Positions 51,301 to 63,165 of a DNA stretch of 64,000 nt are shown here, one piece after another. The stretch is from Chiloscyllium plagiosum (Eukaryota). Position numbers and translations under genes: made by a program. The stretch lies in the NCBI RefSeq assembly GCF_004010195.1, contig NC_057718.1:90873353-90937352 (forward strand), read 5' to 3'. The notes under the pieces are model-generated. The model searched no databases. It had not been told where the DNA came from and was given only the letters and a program-made list of their open reading frames with translations. The number at the start of each line of letters is the position of its first letter. The first letter of the stretch is position 1.

Positions 51301-51890
51301 GAGTCTAGATCTGATACATTGGTTGTGGAATTGCTGAGCTGTGTGTGTCACTTCCTGCTTATGATGTTCAGCAAGCAAGTAGTCTTATTTAGTAGCTTCA
51401 CCAGGTTAACACCTCATTTTTCAGTGTGCCTGGTGCTGCTTCATACTTGCCCACCTGCATTCTTCATTGAACTAGGGTTGATTCCTTAGCTTGACGGTAA
51501 TTATAGAATGGGGTATCTACCAGGCAATGGGATTGCAGATCATGTCAGAGCAGGATTCTGACGTTGCTGATGGCTCACAGTGCTTCATGGATGCCCAGAC
51601 TTGAGTTGGTAGACCTGTTCGAAGTCTGTCGCGTTTAGCACGGTGATAGTGCCACACAACACAATGGAGGTTATTCTCAATGTGAAGGCAGGACTTCCTC
51701 TCCCCAAGGACTGTGCTGAGGTCAATCTTACCGATACTGTCATGGACATATGCATCTGTGCAACCAAATTGGTTAGTTTGAGGTCAGGGGTGTTTTTTTC
51801 CCTTGTTGGTTCCTTCACCACATGCCACAGTCCCTTTGTAGCAGTTATGTCCTTTAGGACCCGACCAGCTCAATCAGTTCTAACTGAGTA
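51301..51890 (-). mobile_element. CR1-group LINE, 5' continuation of 41469-43190
   Basis: Endonuclease end MVKEPTREKNTPDLKLTNL; GAGT repeated at 43187-43190 and 51301-51304. Confidence 0.75.
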
Positions 51891-51949
51891 AGTGTACTAT
51901 GTAATAGTCTGCAACTAACAGTGAAACTGATAGTTACAAAACACAGTTC

Positions 51950-52262
51950 CTCAAAGACGTCTGAGCTCATCTAATTCTGGCCCCTTGAGCATCCGCAACT
52001 TTCATCGTTCCACCATTCGTGGAGTTTTCTTTAGCTGTTGAGACTCCAACATCTATTATTTCCTCCATAAAACTCTTATCTTTTCACTTCACTTGAGTAC
52101 TTAAGTTGCACCTTGAAAGCTATTTGTTTGGCCAAACCTTTAGTCAACTGCTCTAGCATCTCCCTAGGTGGTGCCTTGTCAAACTCTGTTTGTAATACGT
52201 CTGTGAAACACCTTCGGATATTTATCACAATAAATGCATTGATTAAATACAAATTGTTGTAG
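51950..52262 (+). mobile_element. Old L2-like 3' tail
   Basis: ctgtgaaacaccttcggatatt...aaatacaaattgttgt terminus. Confidence 0.5.
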
Positions 52263-52761
52263 TAGTTAGTTGCTTTCATTCATTCAGAATTTCGAGAGGT
52301 CCAGCAGAAAAACTGGGAAAGGTGCCATCTTTGTTAGAGCATCAGTTTGCAAAGTACTGAACTAATGTAAACTTGACAGAGTTTTGAAGTGACCTAGTAC
52401 ATCAGTGTGATATCAATACGATGCAAAAGACTTTCTTGCAGCAATGCAAGAGGGCAGCATAAGTACAAGAAAACAACTCCCTGGTTAGATATAGTTGCAC
52501 CAGATGTGCAGTGAATATCCCGATACCTTGTCCTAAACCAACCCTCGAAAGAACACAAGCGCACAGATTGATTTCTAATCAAACACAGATTTTATTTTTC
52601 TGGAAACACATACTGAGTACTCATAATAACAGCTAGATTCAGGCTGCTGGTGAGGAGAGGCTAGTCAAACCTTTTTTAAACTTGGTCATCATGAAGCTCA
52701 AATTATGGATGGGCAATGAAGTTTCCTCTGTTGCTTCCTGCATTTACATTGTTAATGCTAG

Positions 52762-52844
52762 GTCACTTACAAATCACGATGCACAGACTTCATTTTCTCA
52801 CAATGGGAGCCAGAAAACCCTCAAACAGACGATCGCCTTCGCAT
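52762..52844 (+). CDS. RIN2: Candidate first coding exon of RIN2 (MHRLHFLTMGARKPSNRRSPSH, ATG at 52779)
   Basis: Pyrimidine tract and tag|g acceptor at 52761. TMGAR resembles the recalled human RIN2 N-terminus (MTAWTMGARGLDKRGSFFK), with the same number of codons from MGAR to a donor-like gcaagt. RIN2 follows SLC24A3 on the same strand in human. Confidence 0.4.
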
Positions 52845-52944
52845 GCAAGTAACAAGATTTTTTGGCGACTCAACAAATATTCTCACATGATGGAGATATT
52901 GCCAACTTTTGTCTGTGACGGTGATGTCCTTGCATTTTAAAAAA

Positions 52945-53570
52945 ATAATGCATTTATATAACATTTTGCAAAATCTCAGGATGTTCCAAAAGCATTTTAC
53001 AGCAAATTCATTATTTTCGAAGCACCGTGGGTGGCACGGTGGCACAGTGGTTAGCACTGCTGCCTCACAGCACCAGAGACCCCAAAGATGTGCAGGTAAG
53101 GTGATTTGGCCATGCTAAATTGCCCGTAGTGTTAGGTAAGGGGTAAATGTATGGGTGGGTTGCGCTTCGGTGGGTTGGTGTGGACTTGTTGGGCCGAAGG
53201 GCCTGTTTCCACACTGTAATGTAATCTAATCTAATCATTACAGCTACAATGCAACTATACTGCGTGATGTATCAAGCACTGACAAACAGTAGGATGAGGA
53301 TATCAATTTAACCTAATGAGGGTTGGAGGAAATAAATATGGCTCAGGCGATCAGGACCTCCATCCACTTCTTCGGGATCTTTTACAGAACATGATGGCAG
53401 AACATCAATTTAATGTCTCATTCAGAAGTCGTTATCTCCAACAGTGCATTGTTCCTTCTGTATTGAACTGGACTATCAGCCTAGACTTTTGCGATCAATT
53501 CTCTGGAGTCTGATTACAATCTACAACCTTCTAAATCAGAAACTAAATGTTACCAGCAGGGCTACAGCTA
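52945..53570 (-). mobile_element. Old DeuSINE-like (SacSINE1-like) element split by an HE1 SINE
   Basis: tttaatgtctcattcagaag..ctccaacagtgca..tcagcctaga Deu-like core; L2-type tail at 52945-53020. Confidence 0.5.
53029..53236 (+). mobile_element. HE1-type SINE, internally deleted
   Basis: Head joined directly to ccaaagatgtgcagg; (AATCT)n tail. Confidence 0.85.
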
Positions 53571-53590
53571 ACATAAAATTATTTCTCTAC

Positions 53591-53890
53591 GAGGTGGCAG
53601 AGTAGCTCAGTGGTTAGCACTGCTGCCTCACAGCACTAGAGACCCAGGTTCGATTCCACTCTCCGGCAACTGTCTGCATGGGTTTCCTCCAGGTCCTCCA
53701 GTTTCCACCTGCTGCCTAACGATTGACTGGTCATGCTAAATTGCCAATAGTCCCCAATGATGGGTAGGGTTGTCCAAGGTGGATGTGGGGTTACAGGGAT
53801 GGGGAGTGGGTCTGGGTTGGATGCTCTACGGAGAGTCAGTGTGGACTTGTTGCACCAAATGGCCTGTGTCCACAATGTAGGGATTCTATG
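53591..53890 (+). mobile_element. HE1-type SINE
   Basis: Head and gggattctatg tail. Confidence 0.8.
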
Positions 53891-54000
53891 AGTATAAAGT
53901 GTATGGCTATCACAGGGATTGAAATAGTGGATTGGGATAGCATTAGACTAAAGGTCCCTGATTCAATCCTGGGTTTCAGCAGTGAGTTTATTACATTCTA

Positions 54001-54113
54001 GGGCTCTAGTGGTGCAGTGGCAGTGTCCCACCTTTAAGCCTGGAGACCTGAGTACAAGTCCCACCCACTCTGTAGGTGTGTAATAACATGTCTCAACAGG
54101 TTGGTTAGAAAAT
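54001..54113 (+). mobile_element. Short tRNA-derived SINE family C
   Basis: gtggtgcagtggcagtgtccc head; aacaggttggttagaaaata end. Confidence 0.6.
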
Positions 54114-54443
54114 ATCTATTGTTGTCATGTTATTTTATTATGCAAATCCATGAGGAACTATATATGTGGTGTTACATCTCATGGTCAGTATACTTTTAAA
54201 AGACATGCTCATGACATCATATCATATCATAGCACATGACCAGAGGGTATAAAAGTCACATGCTCCATCTTAACTGGAAGGATCACTTTATGCCTGACAC
54301 ATGACTGAAAACATGCAGCTCTAATGCAACTGAATTTCTTAATACAAGCCAGACAATATGCATCTAAGAAATGTAATTTCTGTATTTAATAGTTAACCGC
54401 AATAAATATCTGTCGGTCCCTTAAATACCATGATATCCGTGTT

Positions 54444-54670
54444 GAAAAGTGTGGTGCTGGAAAAGCACAGCCAGTCAGGCAGCATCCGAGAAGCAGGAGA
54501 GTCGACGTTTTGAGCATAAGATTTTCATTAGGAATGCCTCATTCCTAGTGAAGAGCTTATGCTCGAAACGTCGACTCTCCTGCTCCTCGGATGCTGCCTG
54601 ACCGGCTGCACTTTTCCAGCACCACACTCTCCACTCTGATCTCTAGCATCTACAGTCCTCACTTTCTCCA
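54444..54670. mobile_element. Penelope fold-back insertion
   Basis: Inverted arms; flanking duplication accatgatatcc(g/a)tgtt at 54427 and 54671. Confidence 0.8.
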
Positions 54671-55324
54671 ACCATGATATCCATGTTCAATTTGTTATGT
54701 TAAAAGAGATAACATAAGCATTCCTGTGTCAGGGAATTGTTGGAGACAAAAACCAGTTTGTGTGATAGCTTAATACCCAAAGACTTAATTTTCTCCATTG
54801 ACTTTTGGTTTGATTTTACAAATAACTTAAAACAGAAAGAGAGGAATGAGTTTATTTATCAACAGAATCAAAACCTCACAACTATAAAATATAAAACCTT
54901 GTTTTCAGCTTCTTCATTTGCAGATCTTTTGAATACAACATTCGAATTTCCCTCATATGTAATGCATGGTAATGCAGATTTGCAAATAATCCCTGATTTT
55001 CATAACTCTGTATCTTCAGGTTTTAGTTTCAACAGTTCAACTTACTTAGCTGTTACTTATTACATAATATTCCACAGGCCTACTTCAAAGAAGAACAGGG
55101 ACGTTTTTTCCAATGACCTGATCATTATTTATGCTTCAGCCTGCCTCACTAAGGCAGGTTACCTTGTCATTATCACACTACTATTTGTAGAGTCTTATAG
55201 AGTGCAATTGGCTTTCTACATGATATTGCGTGGGAATTCAATGGCTTGGTGTGAGTCCTAGGGAGTAGCTATAGAGAGTCTGTGTTACAAACCTCAATAA
55301 AAACTATTGTATCTCTCTTCAGAC

Positions 55325-55852
55325 ATTCTTTGCAAAGGTGCATTCCAGAAGGATAGTCTCTTCACCAGTACAGTCCTGCTTCAAGGACATTGTGCACAAA
55401 GGACCTGATGGGCAGTTCTCTTCTCACCATCAGCACGGAGGATCATCAACTTGGTGAAAGACACCCTTTGGTCTGCCCGAAACATGCTGGTATTCCAGTG
55501 TAAAGAGTTGACCTCGACCTGGTGTTGCAGATAGGCACATTCCAAGGTTCAGGACTACGTGCTGAAGGATGCACTAAAGCTTGGGCTAGCTGCTGCCAAG
55601 GCGCAGTGGGGAAAGAGGTCTTTCTGCCAAACTATAACAAGGGTTTGTTCAATTGACAGGCTCTCTCAGTGCCTCAAAATGAAGATAAATTGTTTCCTGT
55701 ATAATGTTTTTCCTATAGGAAGGCTTTCTTTTGCAACTGTGGAGAAGCTCTGAGAAATATCAGAGTTCCAATGTTTTCTTTGTTTTTTTATTTCAGTACA
55801 GATGTGATTTAGGAACTTTGCATGTACTTATAGATAGTTTTAATGAATAAAA
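55325..55852 (+). mobile_element. Tx1/L1-clade LINE 3' fragment
   Basis: IINLVKDTLWSARNMLVFQ..AHSKVQDYVLKDALKLGLAAAKAQWGK ORF2 end, T-rich UTR and AATAAA. Confidence 0.7.
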
Positions 55853-56312
55853 ATGGGAAGTAACTTGTTGGCTGTAAAAAGTTTTGGGAGTATCCTGTGA
55901 CCATCAAAGTTGAAGTCTTTCTTTTCTTCTCTGTTCATGTTTGACAGACAGGTCAGATGATTTAACATGTTACAGTTTCTGTATTTGATTTACAGAACGT
56001 TTAATATATTTGCATTGAATTAGACTTTATGTCACCTCTGTACCCTCTCCAAGGCAGGACTGCCTCTAATTTTTCTATTTTTATTTAACCCATTTTCCTA
56101 ATCAACCTGTTCAGAGATGTTGGTACACACCTCTGCAGCAGATGGGACTTTAATCCAGGTCTCTCGGTTCAGGAATAGGGACACCAGCTCTTCACCACAA
56201 GGACTGCCAAAATAAAAATAAGGCTTTTAGCAGCATCCCTCCAATACCAATGGATATTGTACCCTCAGGTGAAATCCTGCTGCGTGCAGTGGCGTAATTT
56301 GTAAAATTCCTC

Positions 56313-56650
56313 CAGTGTGGAAGAACGCTATTCAACCCAGCGCGTCCACATCAACCTTCTGAAGAGCATCCCACCCAGACCCATTTCCCTACCCTACCCT
56401 ACCCCTGCATTTTCCATGGCTAACCCACCTCACCTGCACATCCCTGGACACTATGGGCAATTTGGCATGGCCAGTCCAATGACCTGCACATCTTTGGATT
56501 GTGGGAAGAAACTGGAGCACCTGGAGTAAACGCACACGGACACGGAGAGAATGTGCAAAGTCCACACAGAAGTCACCCAAAGCTGGAATCAAACTTGGAG
56601 CTCAGGTGCTGTGAGGCAGCAGTGCTAACCACTGAGCAACCATGCTGCCC
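56313..56650 (-). mobile_element. HE1-type SINE
   Basis: Diagnostic antisense blocks. Confidence 0.83.
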
Positions 56651-57401
56651 AATTGTGAGGTTTAAGATTGTTATGTTTTGAGCCGGTGTCTTTAATTTAA
56701 GGTAAAATGCGGGGTTCAGGTGATCTGTTCTGAAGTCTATCTGAGAAAAGCCTTTCTTGGTTTGATTCTTGGAGATTAAAGGGGCCCAGATTGTTTCACT
56801 GGGAAGAAGGTGAATGGTTTTTTCATGAGAGATAAAAGCAGTGGCCTAGGGATTGACTGAGAGTCTCCAAAGTCCCAGAAAAAAGTGTTGAAAATATCAT
56901 ATTAGAATCAGTTATGCTTTCAAATATCCAAAATGAAGGACAGTTGGGCTCTTGAATATAGCAAACTAACATCTCTACCTGGATACAAGACCCATTTAAT
57001 TCACATTTCCATGGTTAGTGTTTTGAGATAGGAAGGGCAAAGAAGAAGCCATTATGTTATTAGGTTACAGGCTTTTCTGAAACATCACAGACATTTTGGT
57101 CTGACTGGGTCCCAGAGGGAAATAGAGAGAGCAGCTCAAGGCTAAACATTTCTAAGGTTCACTGTGCCAGAGTGCAGATGGGACATTGGAAAGGATAAAT
57201 TTATGAGGAGAAAAAAATGAGACTGGGAGATTTGCCTAGCTTTAGCTGCTGAGAGAAATCTCAAGAAAACCTTGTACTGTGAAAGGCAATTCAGGAGTTA
57301 AATTTTCTGGGCTAGAAACAGAAATATAGATGTTTAACCTTCAACAGCTAAGAATTATTTTGGACCATGTTGGGAAGAATTGAATGTCTCCCTAAAAGGA
57401 C

Positions 57402-59435
57402 AGAGTCCAGAGACAGTATATTCCTGTTAGGATGAAAGGAAAGGTTGGCAGGTGTAGGAATTGCTAGATGACTTGAGAAATTGAGGTTTTGGTGCAGAAA
57501 AAGAAGGAAGCATATGTCAGGTATAGACAGGAGGGATCGAATGAATCCTCAGAAGAGTATAAAGGCAGTAGGAGTAGACTTAAGAGGGAAATCAGGAGAG
57601 CAAAAAGGGGACAGGAGATAGCTTTGGCAAATAAGGTTAAAGAGAATCCAAAGGGATTCTACAAATACAGTAAGGACAAAAGGGTGACCAGGAAGAGAAT
57701 AGGGCTCCTCAGAGATCGGCAAGGTGGCCTTTGTGTGGAGCCACAGGAGATGGGGGAGATACTAAACAAGTATTTTGCATCAGTATTTACTGTGGAAGAG
57801 GATTGGAAGATATAGAATGTGTGGAAATAGATGGTGACATCTTGACAATGTCCATATTACAGAGGAGGAAGTGCTGGATGTCTTGAAATGCATAAATGTA
57901 GATAAATCCCCAGGACCTCATCAGGAGTGAGAAGCTAGGGAAGTGATTGCTGGGCCACTTGCTGAGATATTTATATCATCGATAGTCACAGGTGAGGTGA
58001 GTTGTTGGAAGACTGGAGGTTTGCTAACGTGGTGTCACTGTTTAAGAAAGGAGGTAAGGAAAAGCCAGGGAACTATAGACCAGTGAGCCTGACCTCAGTG
58101 GTGGGCAAGTTATTGGAGGGAAACCTGAGGGACAGGATTTACATGTATTTGGAAAGGCAAGGACTGGTTAGGATAGTCAGCATGGCTTTGTGCGTGGGAA
58201 ATCATATCTCACCAACTTGATTAAATTTTTTGAAGAAGTAACAAGGAGGATTGATGAGGGCAGATGTGATCTATATGGACCTGAGTAAGGCGTTCGACAA
58301 GGTTCCCCATGGGACACTGGTTAGCAAGGTTCGATCTCATGGAATACAAGGAGAACTAGTCATTTGGATACAGAATAGGCTCAAATGTAGAAGACAGAGG
58401 GTGGTGGAGAGTTGTTTTTCAGACTGGAGGCCTGTGACCAGTGGTGTGCCACTAGGATCGATGCTAGGTCCACTACTTTTTGTCATTTATATGAATGATT
58501 TGGATGCGAGCATAAGAGGTATAGTTAGTAAGTTTGCAGATGACACCAAAGTTGGAGGTGTAGTGGACAGTGAAGAGGGTTATCTCAGAGTACAACAGGA
58601 TCTTGACCAGATTGGCCAATGGGCTGAGGAATGGCAGATGATGTTTAATTTAGATAAAGGTGAGGTGCTGCATTTTGGAAAGCAAATCTTAGCAGGGCTT
58701 ATACAATTAATGGTAAAGTCCTGGGGTGTGTTGCTGAACAAATAGACCTTGGAGTGCCGGTGGGCGGCACGGTGGGGTAGATAGGATAGTGAAGAAGGTG
58801 TTTGGTATGCTTTCCTTTATTGGTCAGAGTATTGAGTACAGGAGTTGAGATGTCATGTTGCAGCTGTACAGGACATTGGTTAGGCCACTATTGGAATACT
58901 GCGTGCAATTCTGGTCTCCTTCCTATCTGAAGGATGTTGTGAAACTTAAAAGAGTTCAGAAAAGATTTACAAGGATGTTGCCAGGATTGGAGGATTTGAA
59001 CTATAGGGAGAGGCTGAATAGGCTGGGGCTGTTTTCCCTGGAGCATCAGAGGTTGAGGGGGTGACCTTATAGAGGTTTATAAAATCATGAGGGCATGGAT
59101 AGGATAAACAGACAAGGTCTTTTCCCTGGGTTGGAGGAGTCCAGAACTAGAGGACATAGGTTTAGGGTGAGGGGGGGAAAGGTATGAAAGAGACTTATGG
59201 GGCAACCTTTTCACACAGAGGGTAGTACATGTATGGAATGAGCTACCAAAGGAAGTGGTGGAGGCTGGTACAATTACAGCATTTAAAAGGCATCTGGATG
59301 AGTGTATGAATAGGAAGGGTTTAGAGGGATATGGGCGGTGGGCTGGCAAACTGGACTCGATTTGGTTGGGATATCTGGTCGGCATGGGTGAGTTGGACCA
59401 AAGTACACTCTGTGCTGTACATCTCTATGACTCTG
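57402..59435 (+). mobile_element. CR1/HER1 LINE ORF2 fragment, same family as 47051-49993
   Basis: KENPKGFYKY, NYRPVSLTSVVGKLLE, VSKFADDTKVGG, LVRPLLEYCVQFWSP. Confidence 0.92.
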
Positions 59436-60054
59436 ACTGGGTGATATATATCTGTTAGTGGTTTCTTTTAAATGTCCCTGTTTGCAAGTGAAATATGAAA
59501 TGCCTACACAAACAGCGTTTTGTCAATTCTGGTTTTAGTCAGTTTCTTACAACAAACAATTCAAAATATGCAATCTCAACAGGTCATCGGGTTAGATATT
59601 AACTGGATGTTCAAATTTCCTTGTTATGCTTTATTGATTCCACAGGGATTGCATAATTGGCAAGATGCAGAATGAAGTGTGTGCAACACTGCCCCAAAAA
59701 CATGTGTTCTCTTTAACCTCAGACGTGTAGTATTTCCATCTCGCACAGCAGTTATCCTTATGGTCTTTCTAAGTAAGAAATGTTACAAATGACGTGTGTG
59801 TAATGGCTACACACAAAAGGCACTGATCACAGGAGTAGATGCTACGTGGCCTTTGCATTCTGGCCAGCACAGTAAAGGTACAATCACATTTCTCCAAACA
59901 TACCCCTTGCATATGTATAAACAAAATGCCTGCACTATAATTTGGAATTACGAATGACACAATATACACGGTCACAAAAAAATGATCATTCTGTAACTAA
60001 ACAATGGTCAAGATCTTATAGGGCCATGAACTACACAGGCTATGGCAGTGAGAA

Positions 60055-60435
60055 CCTAAGGACTAGGAGCAGGAGTGGGCCATCTGTCCCATCGAACCTG
60101 CTCCACCATTCAATAAGATCATGGCTGATCTTTTTGTGGACTCAGCTCCACTTTATCCACTCGCTCACCATGATCCTTATTGTTCAAAAATCTACCTAGA
60201 TTTAGCTTAGAAACATTCGATAAGGTGGCCTCAACTGCTTCTCTGGGCAGGGAATTCCACAGATTCACAACCTCAGTGAAGAAGTTCCTCTTCAACTCAG
60301 TCCGAAATCTGCTCCCTCTTATTTTCAGGCTAAGCACCCTCATTCTAGTTTCACCCGCCAGTGGAAACAAGCTCCCTACTTCAATCTTATCTACTCCCTT
60401 CATAATTTTATGTGTTTCTATAAAATCCCCCCTCA
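60055..60435 (-). mobile_element. CR1 3' fragment
   Basis: Minus-strand RGDFIETHKIMKG..RNFFTEVVNLWNSLP. Confidence 0.85.
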
Positions 60436-61329
60436 CCCCCATCATCTCGTCTGAGACATTCAGCCAGACTTTTGTCAAAGTTTGGAGCAGCAAGTTGCAT
60501 TTTCCAATTACCATCTGGATGTCAAGGCAAGGTTCTCATTAGTGTGTGGTGAGAAGCCTATTAAAGGTGATTATTGCTCATTAGAACCTAATTAAAGTGC
60601 AAGTACCTACTTCACCATCTACCGCAGAGAGAGTAGATGCTGAGAATTCCTGATGGGAAACTCAAGCTGGCACCTTGGTGACTCCAGCTCTCTGCTTGCT
60701 CCTCCAAACCGCCATCTTGAATGCCCAGCACCTACATCATGGGGCACAATCCAGAGCATTGGCAACATGCACTACACATCTGTGGATTTGGCAACAGACA
60801 CACGCCAGCCTTTTTGCAACATCACGGCCCATCTCTGATTCTCTTACAGCACACTTCTGCCCTTTGGTGATGCAATTGGGCATGTACCGGCAACCGTCTC
60901 TGGAATGCTGTTGTGAGGACACTTTGACACTTTGGATACAGGGAAGGGCCTTGGATTAGGCCGTGCTGCAGCTCAGGGCTGCTCGCTGAGTCCCTGCTTT
61001 GCCTTTTTTGCACATCAACCCCTCAGCCAGAGCTTAAAGGTTCATTGTACTTCTGGCTTGTCTTGCTTCACACAGTGAGGACCGAAACCTGAGAATCCTG
61101 TCAGCAGCCATTAGACCAGGGGGAGGGTGTTGGGGGAGGGGTGAGATTCTGACAACACGGGATCAATTTCTGCACTGGCTGAGGTTACTGTGAAGGTCCT
61201 GCATTCTCAACTTCACCCCTCACATGAGGGATAGTGACTCTATGTCCAAATGCACCACCAGTTGTCTCTGTCTACTGATAGAATGGGACTGTGTTGATTT
61301 CAGTTTACAATAGTGAAGGGGGGATATGG

Positions 61330-61417
61330 GCTGGAAATGTGTTGCTGGAAAAGCGCAGCAGGTCAGGCAGCATCCAGGGAACAGGAGAATCGACGTTTCG
61401 GGCATAAGCCCTTCTTC
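61330..61417 (-). mobile_element. Penelope pLTR fragment
   Basis: Flanked by duplication aaggggggatatgg at 61316-61329 and 61418-61431. Confidence 0.75.
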
Positions 61418-61689
61418 AAGGGGGGATATGGCAGAGTGCGGTAGAGAAAGCGGTGACATGGAAGGATGTGGGAGTTGACAGCAAACATCAACCTGGTTTC
61501 TGGAGGATGGAGGGGCATCACACTACCACACCTGGCATGCCTACCTCATACACTTGGTGCAGGCTGTGGTGTGGGCAGTGAAGTGGGCCGACGCAGATTC
61601 ATATAGGAAACCTCAGAAAGTTTGAAACCTTTGGTATTGAGGGGGAGGGTTCTATATCCCTAGACTAAAAGATTATCTACAGTAGCTTC

Positions 61690-62220
61690 CATTTTGGGAA
61701 GATCTCAAATTATCTTGTGTTCTCCATATGGATTCACTTTTTGGAGTAGTGGAAACATCAAATGGCGTGCACAATCATCTGTATCTCCACATGACTTTCA
61801 GAATGTAGTTAGAAAACTGTTGCTTTATCCCACTTCATATGCTAGGAACTATCCTTCACTTCAAGGGTAGCACAGACCCTTCCATGTTGCAGCAAAATAT
61901 CTTCAATATTGACATGGAGTAGTGAGATCACTTCAAATCTTCATTGAGATCCTTTGGATCTGGATGTGCTCTTGATTTTCCAGTGTTATTTTCACTGCTA
62001 CCATGCTGCTAATCCAGTATGTGGAGGTAGTCACTTTCTTGATTACTCCCTTATTTTCCAGTTCTTCCATCTTAGCTTCTAGTCTGGAGTTGAGGGCAGC
62101 TGGAACTCTCCTCAGTAGATGCTGCATTGGTCTTACAGTCCCATCCACTAGGAAGACATTCAAGACCTAGAAAAACATCTTTATAATCTTCTTGAATTTG
62201 TTCAGCAGTCAATGTTGTAA
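61690..62220 (-). pseudogene. Second, older Gypsy RT fragment
   Basis: VRPMQHLLRRVPAALNSRLEAKMEELENKGVIKKVTTSTYWISSMVAVK RT N-terminus. Confidence 0.7.
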
Positions 62221-62309
62221 TGACCTACAAAGCACAGCATATGTCTCGGCTGAATAGTCCAAGCTTTACACTTACTTCAGCTGAAGAAGCAGTTGCTGAG
62301 ATAAGTGGA

Positions 62310-63150
62310 TTCTCCTTAACACCCACTATCCAGCAGGCAATTAGGAAGGCTAATGGAAAATTGCCTCTTATTTCACAGGGGCTGGAGTAAAGGAGAAGGG
62401 AGGTCTTACTGCAACAGTACAAAGTGCTGGTGAGACCACATCTGTAGTGCTGGGAGTAGTTTTGGTTCCCTTATTTAGGAAAGGATATTATATTCCTGGA
62501 GGTATTTTTTTTAGATTAGATTAGATTCCCTACAGTGTGGAAACAGGCCCTTCGGCCCAACAAGTCCACACTGACCATCCGAAGAGCAACCCACCCAGAC
62601 TCATTCCCCTACACCTAACACTACAGGCAATTTAGCGTGGCCAATTCACCTAACCTGCACATCTTTTGGACTGTGGGAGGAAACCGGAGCACGCGGAGGA
62701 AACCCACCACGGGGAGAATGTGCAAACTCCACACAGACAGTTGCCCGAGGCGGGAATTGAACCTGGGTCCCTGCCGCTGTGAGGCAGCAGTGCTAACCAC
62801 GGTGCCACTGTTTCGCATTTCTGAGAATGTTAACGAGGATGCTCCATGGTATGGAGTGATTGTCTTATGAGCAAAGGCTAAACAGGTTGGGATGCCACTC
62901 ACTGAAGTTTAGAAGAATAAGAAGTGATGTTAATGAAACTTATAGGATTCTTAAAGGAGTAAATGCCGAGAAGATGTTTCCCCTGATGGGAGAGTCTAGA
63001 GCACACAGTCTCAGAATAAAGGGGCACCAATTTATGACTCTAATAAGAAGGAATTTCTTCCCTCAGAGGGTTGTCAGTCTTTAGAGTGTTTTGCAACAGA
63101 GGCAGAGTCCTTGTGCATATTTAAGATTGAGATAGATAGATTCTTGATCC
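62310..63150 (+). mobile_element. CR1 3' fragment split by HE1 SINE (62512-62808, minus)
   Basis: SYEQRLNRLG..RRNFFPQRVV; intact antisense HE1 with (AATCT)n tail inside. Confidence 0.82.
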
Positions 63151-63165
63151 ATAAAATTTAACTTC

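Noticed and set aside
54737..55261. 174-aa ORF
   Set aside because: TTG start, AT-rich composition, no recognisable domain or convincing splice context.
56668..57400. Possible LTR-like segment flanking the CR1 at 57402
   Set aside because: No second copy, TSD or PBS identifiable in the window.
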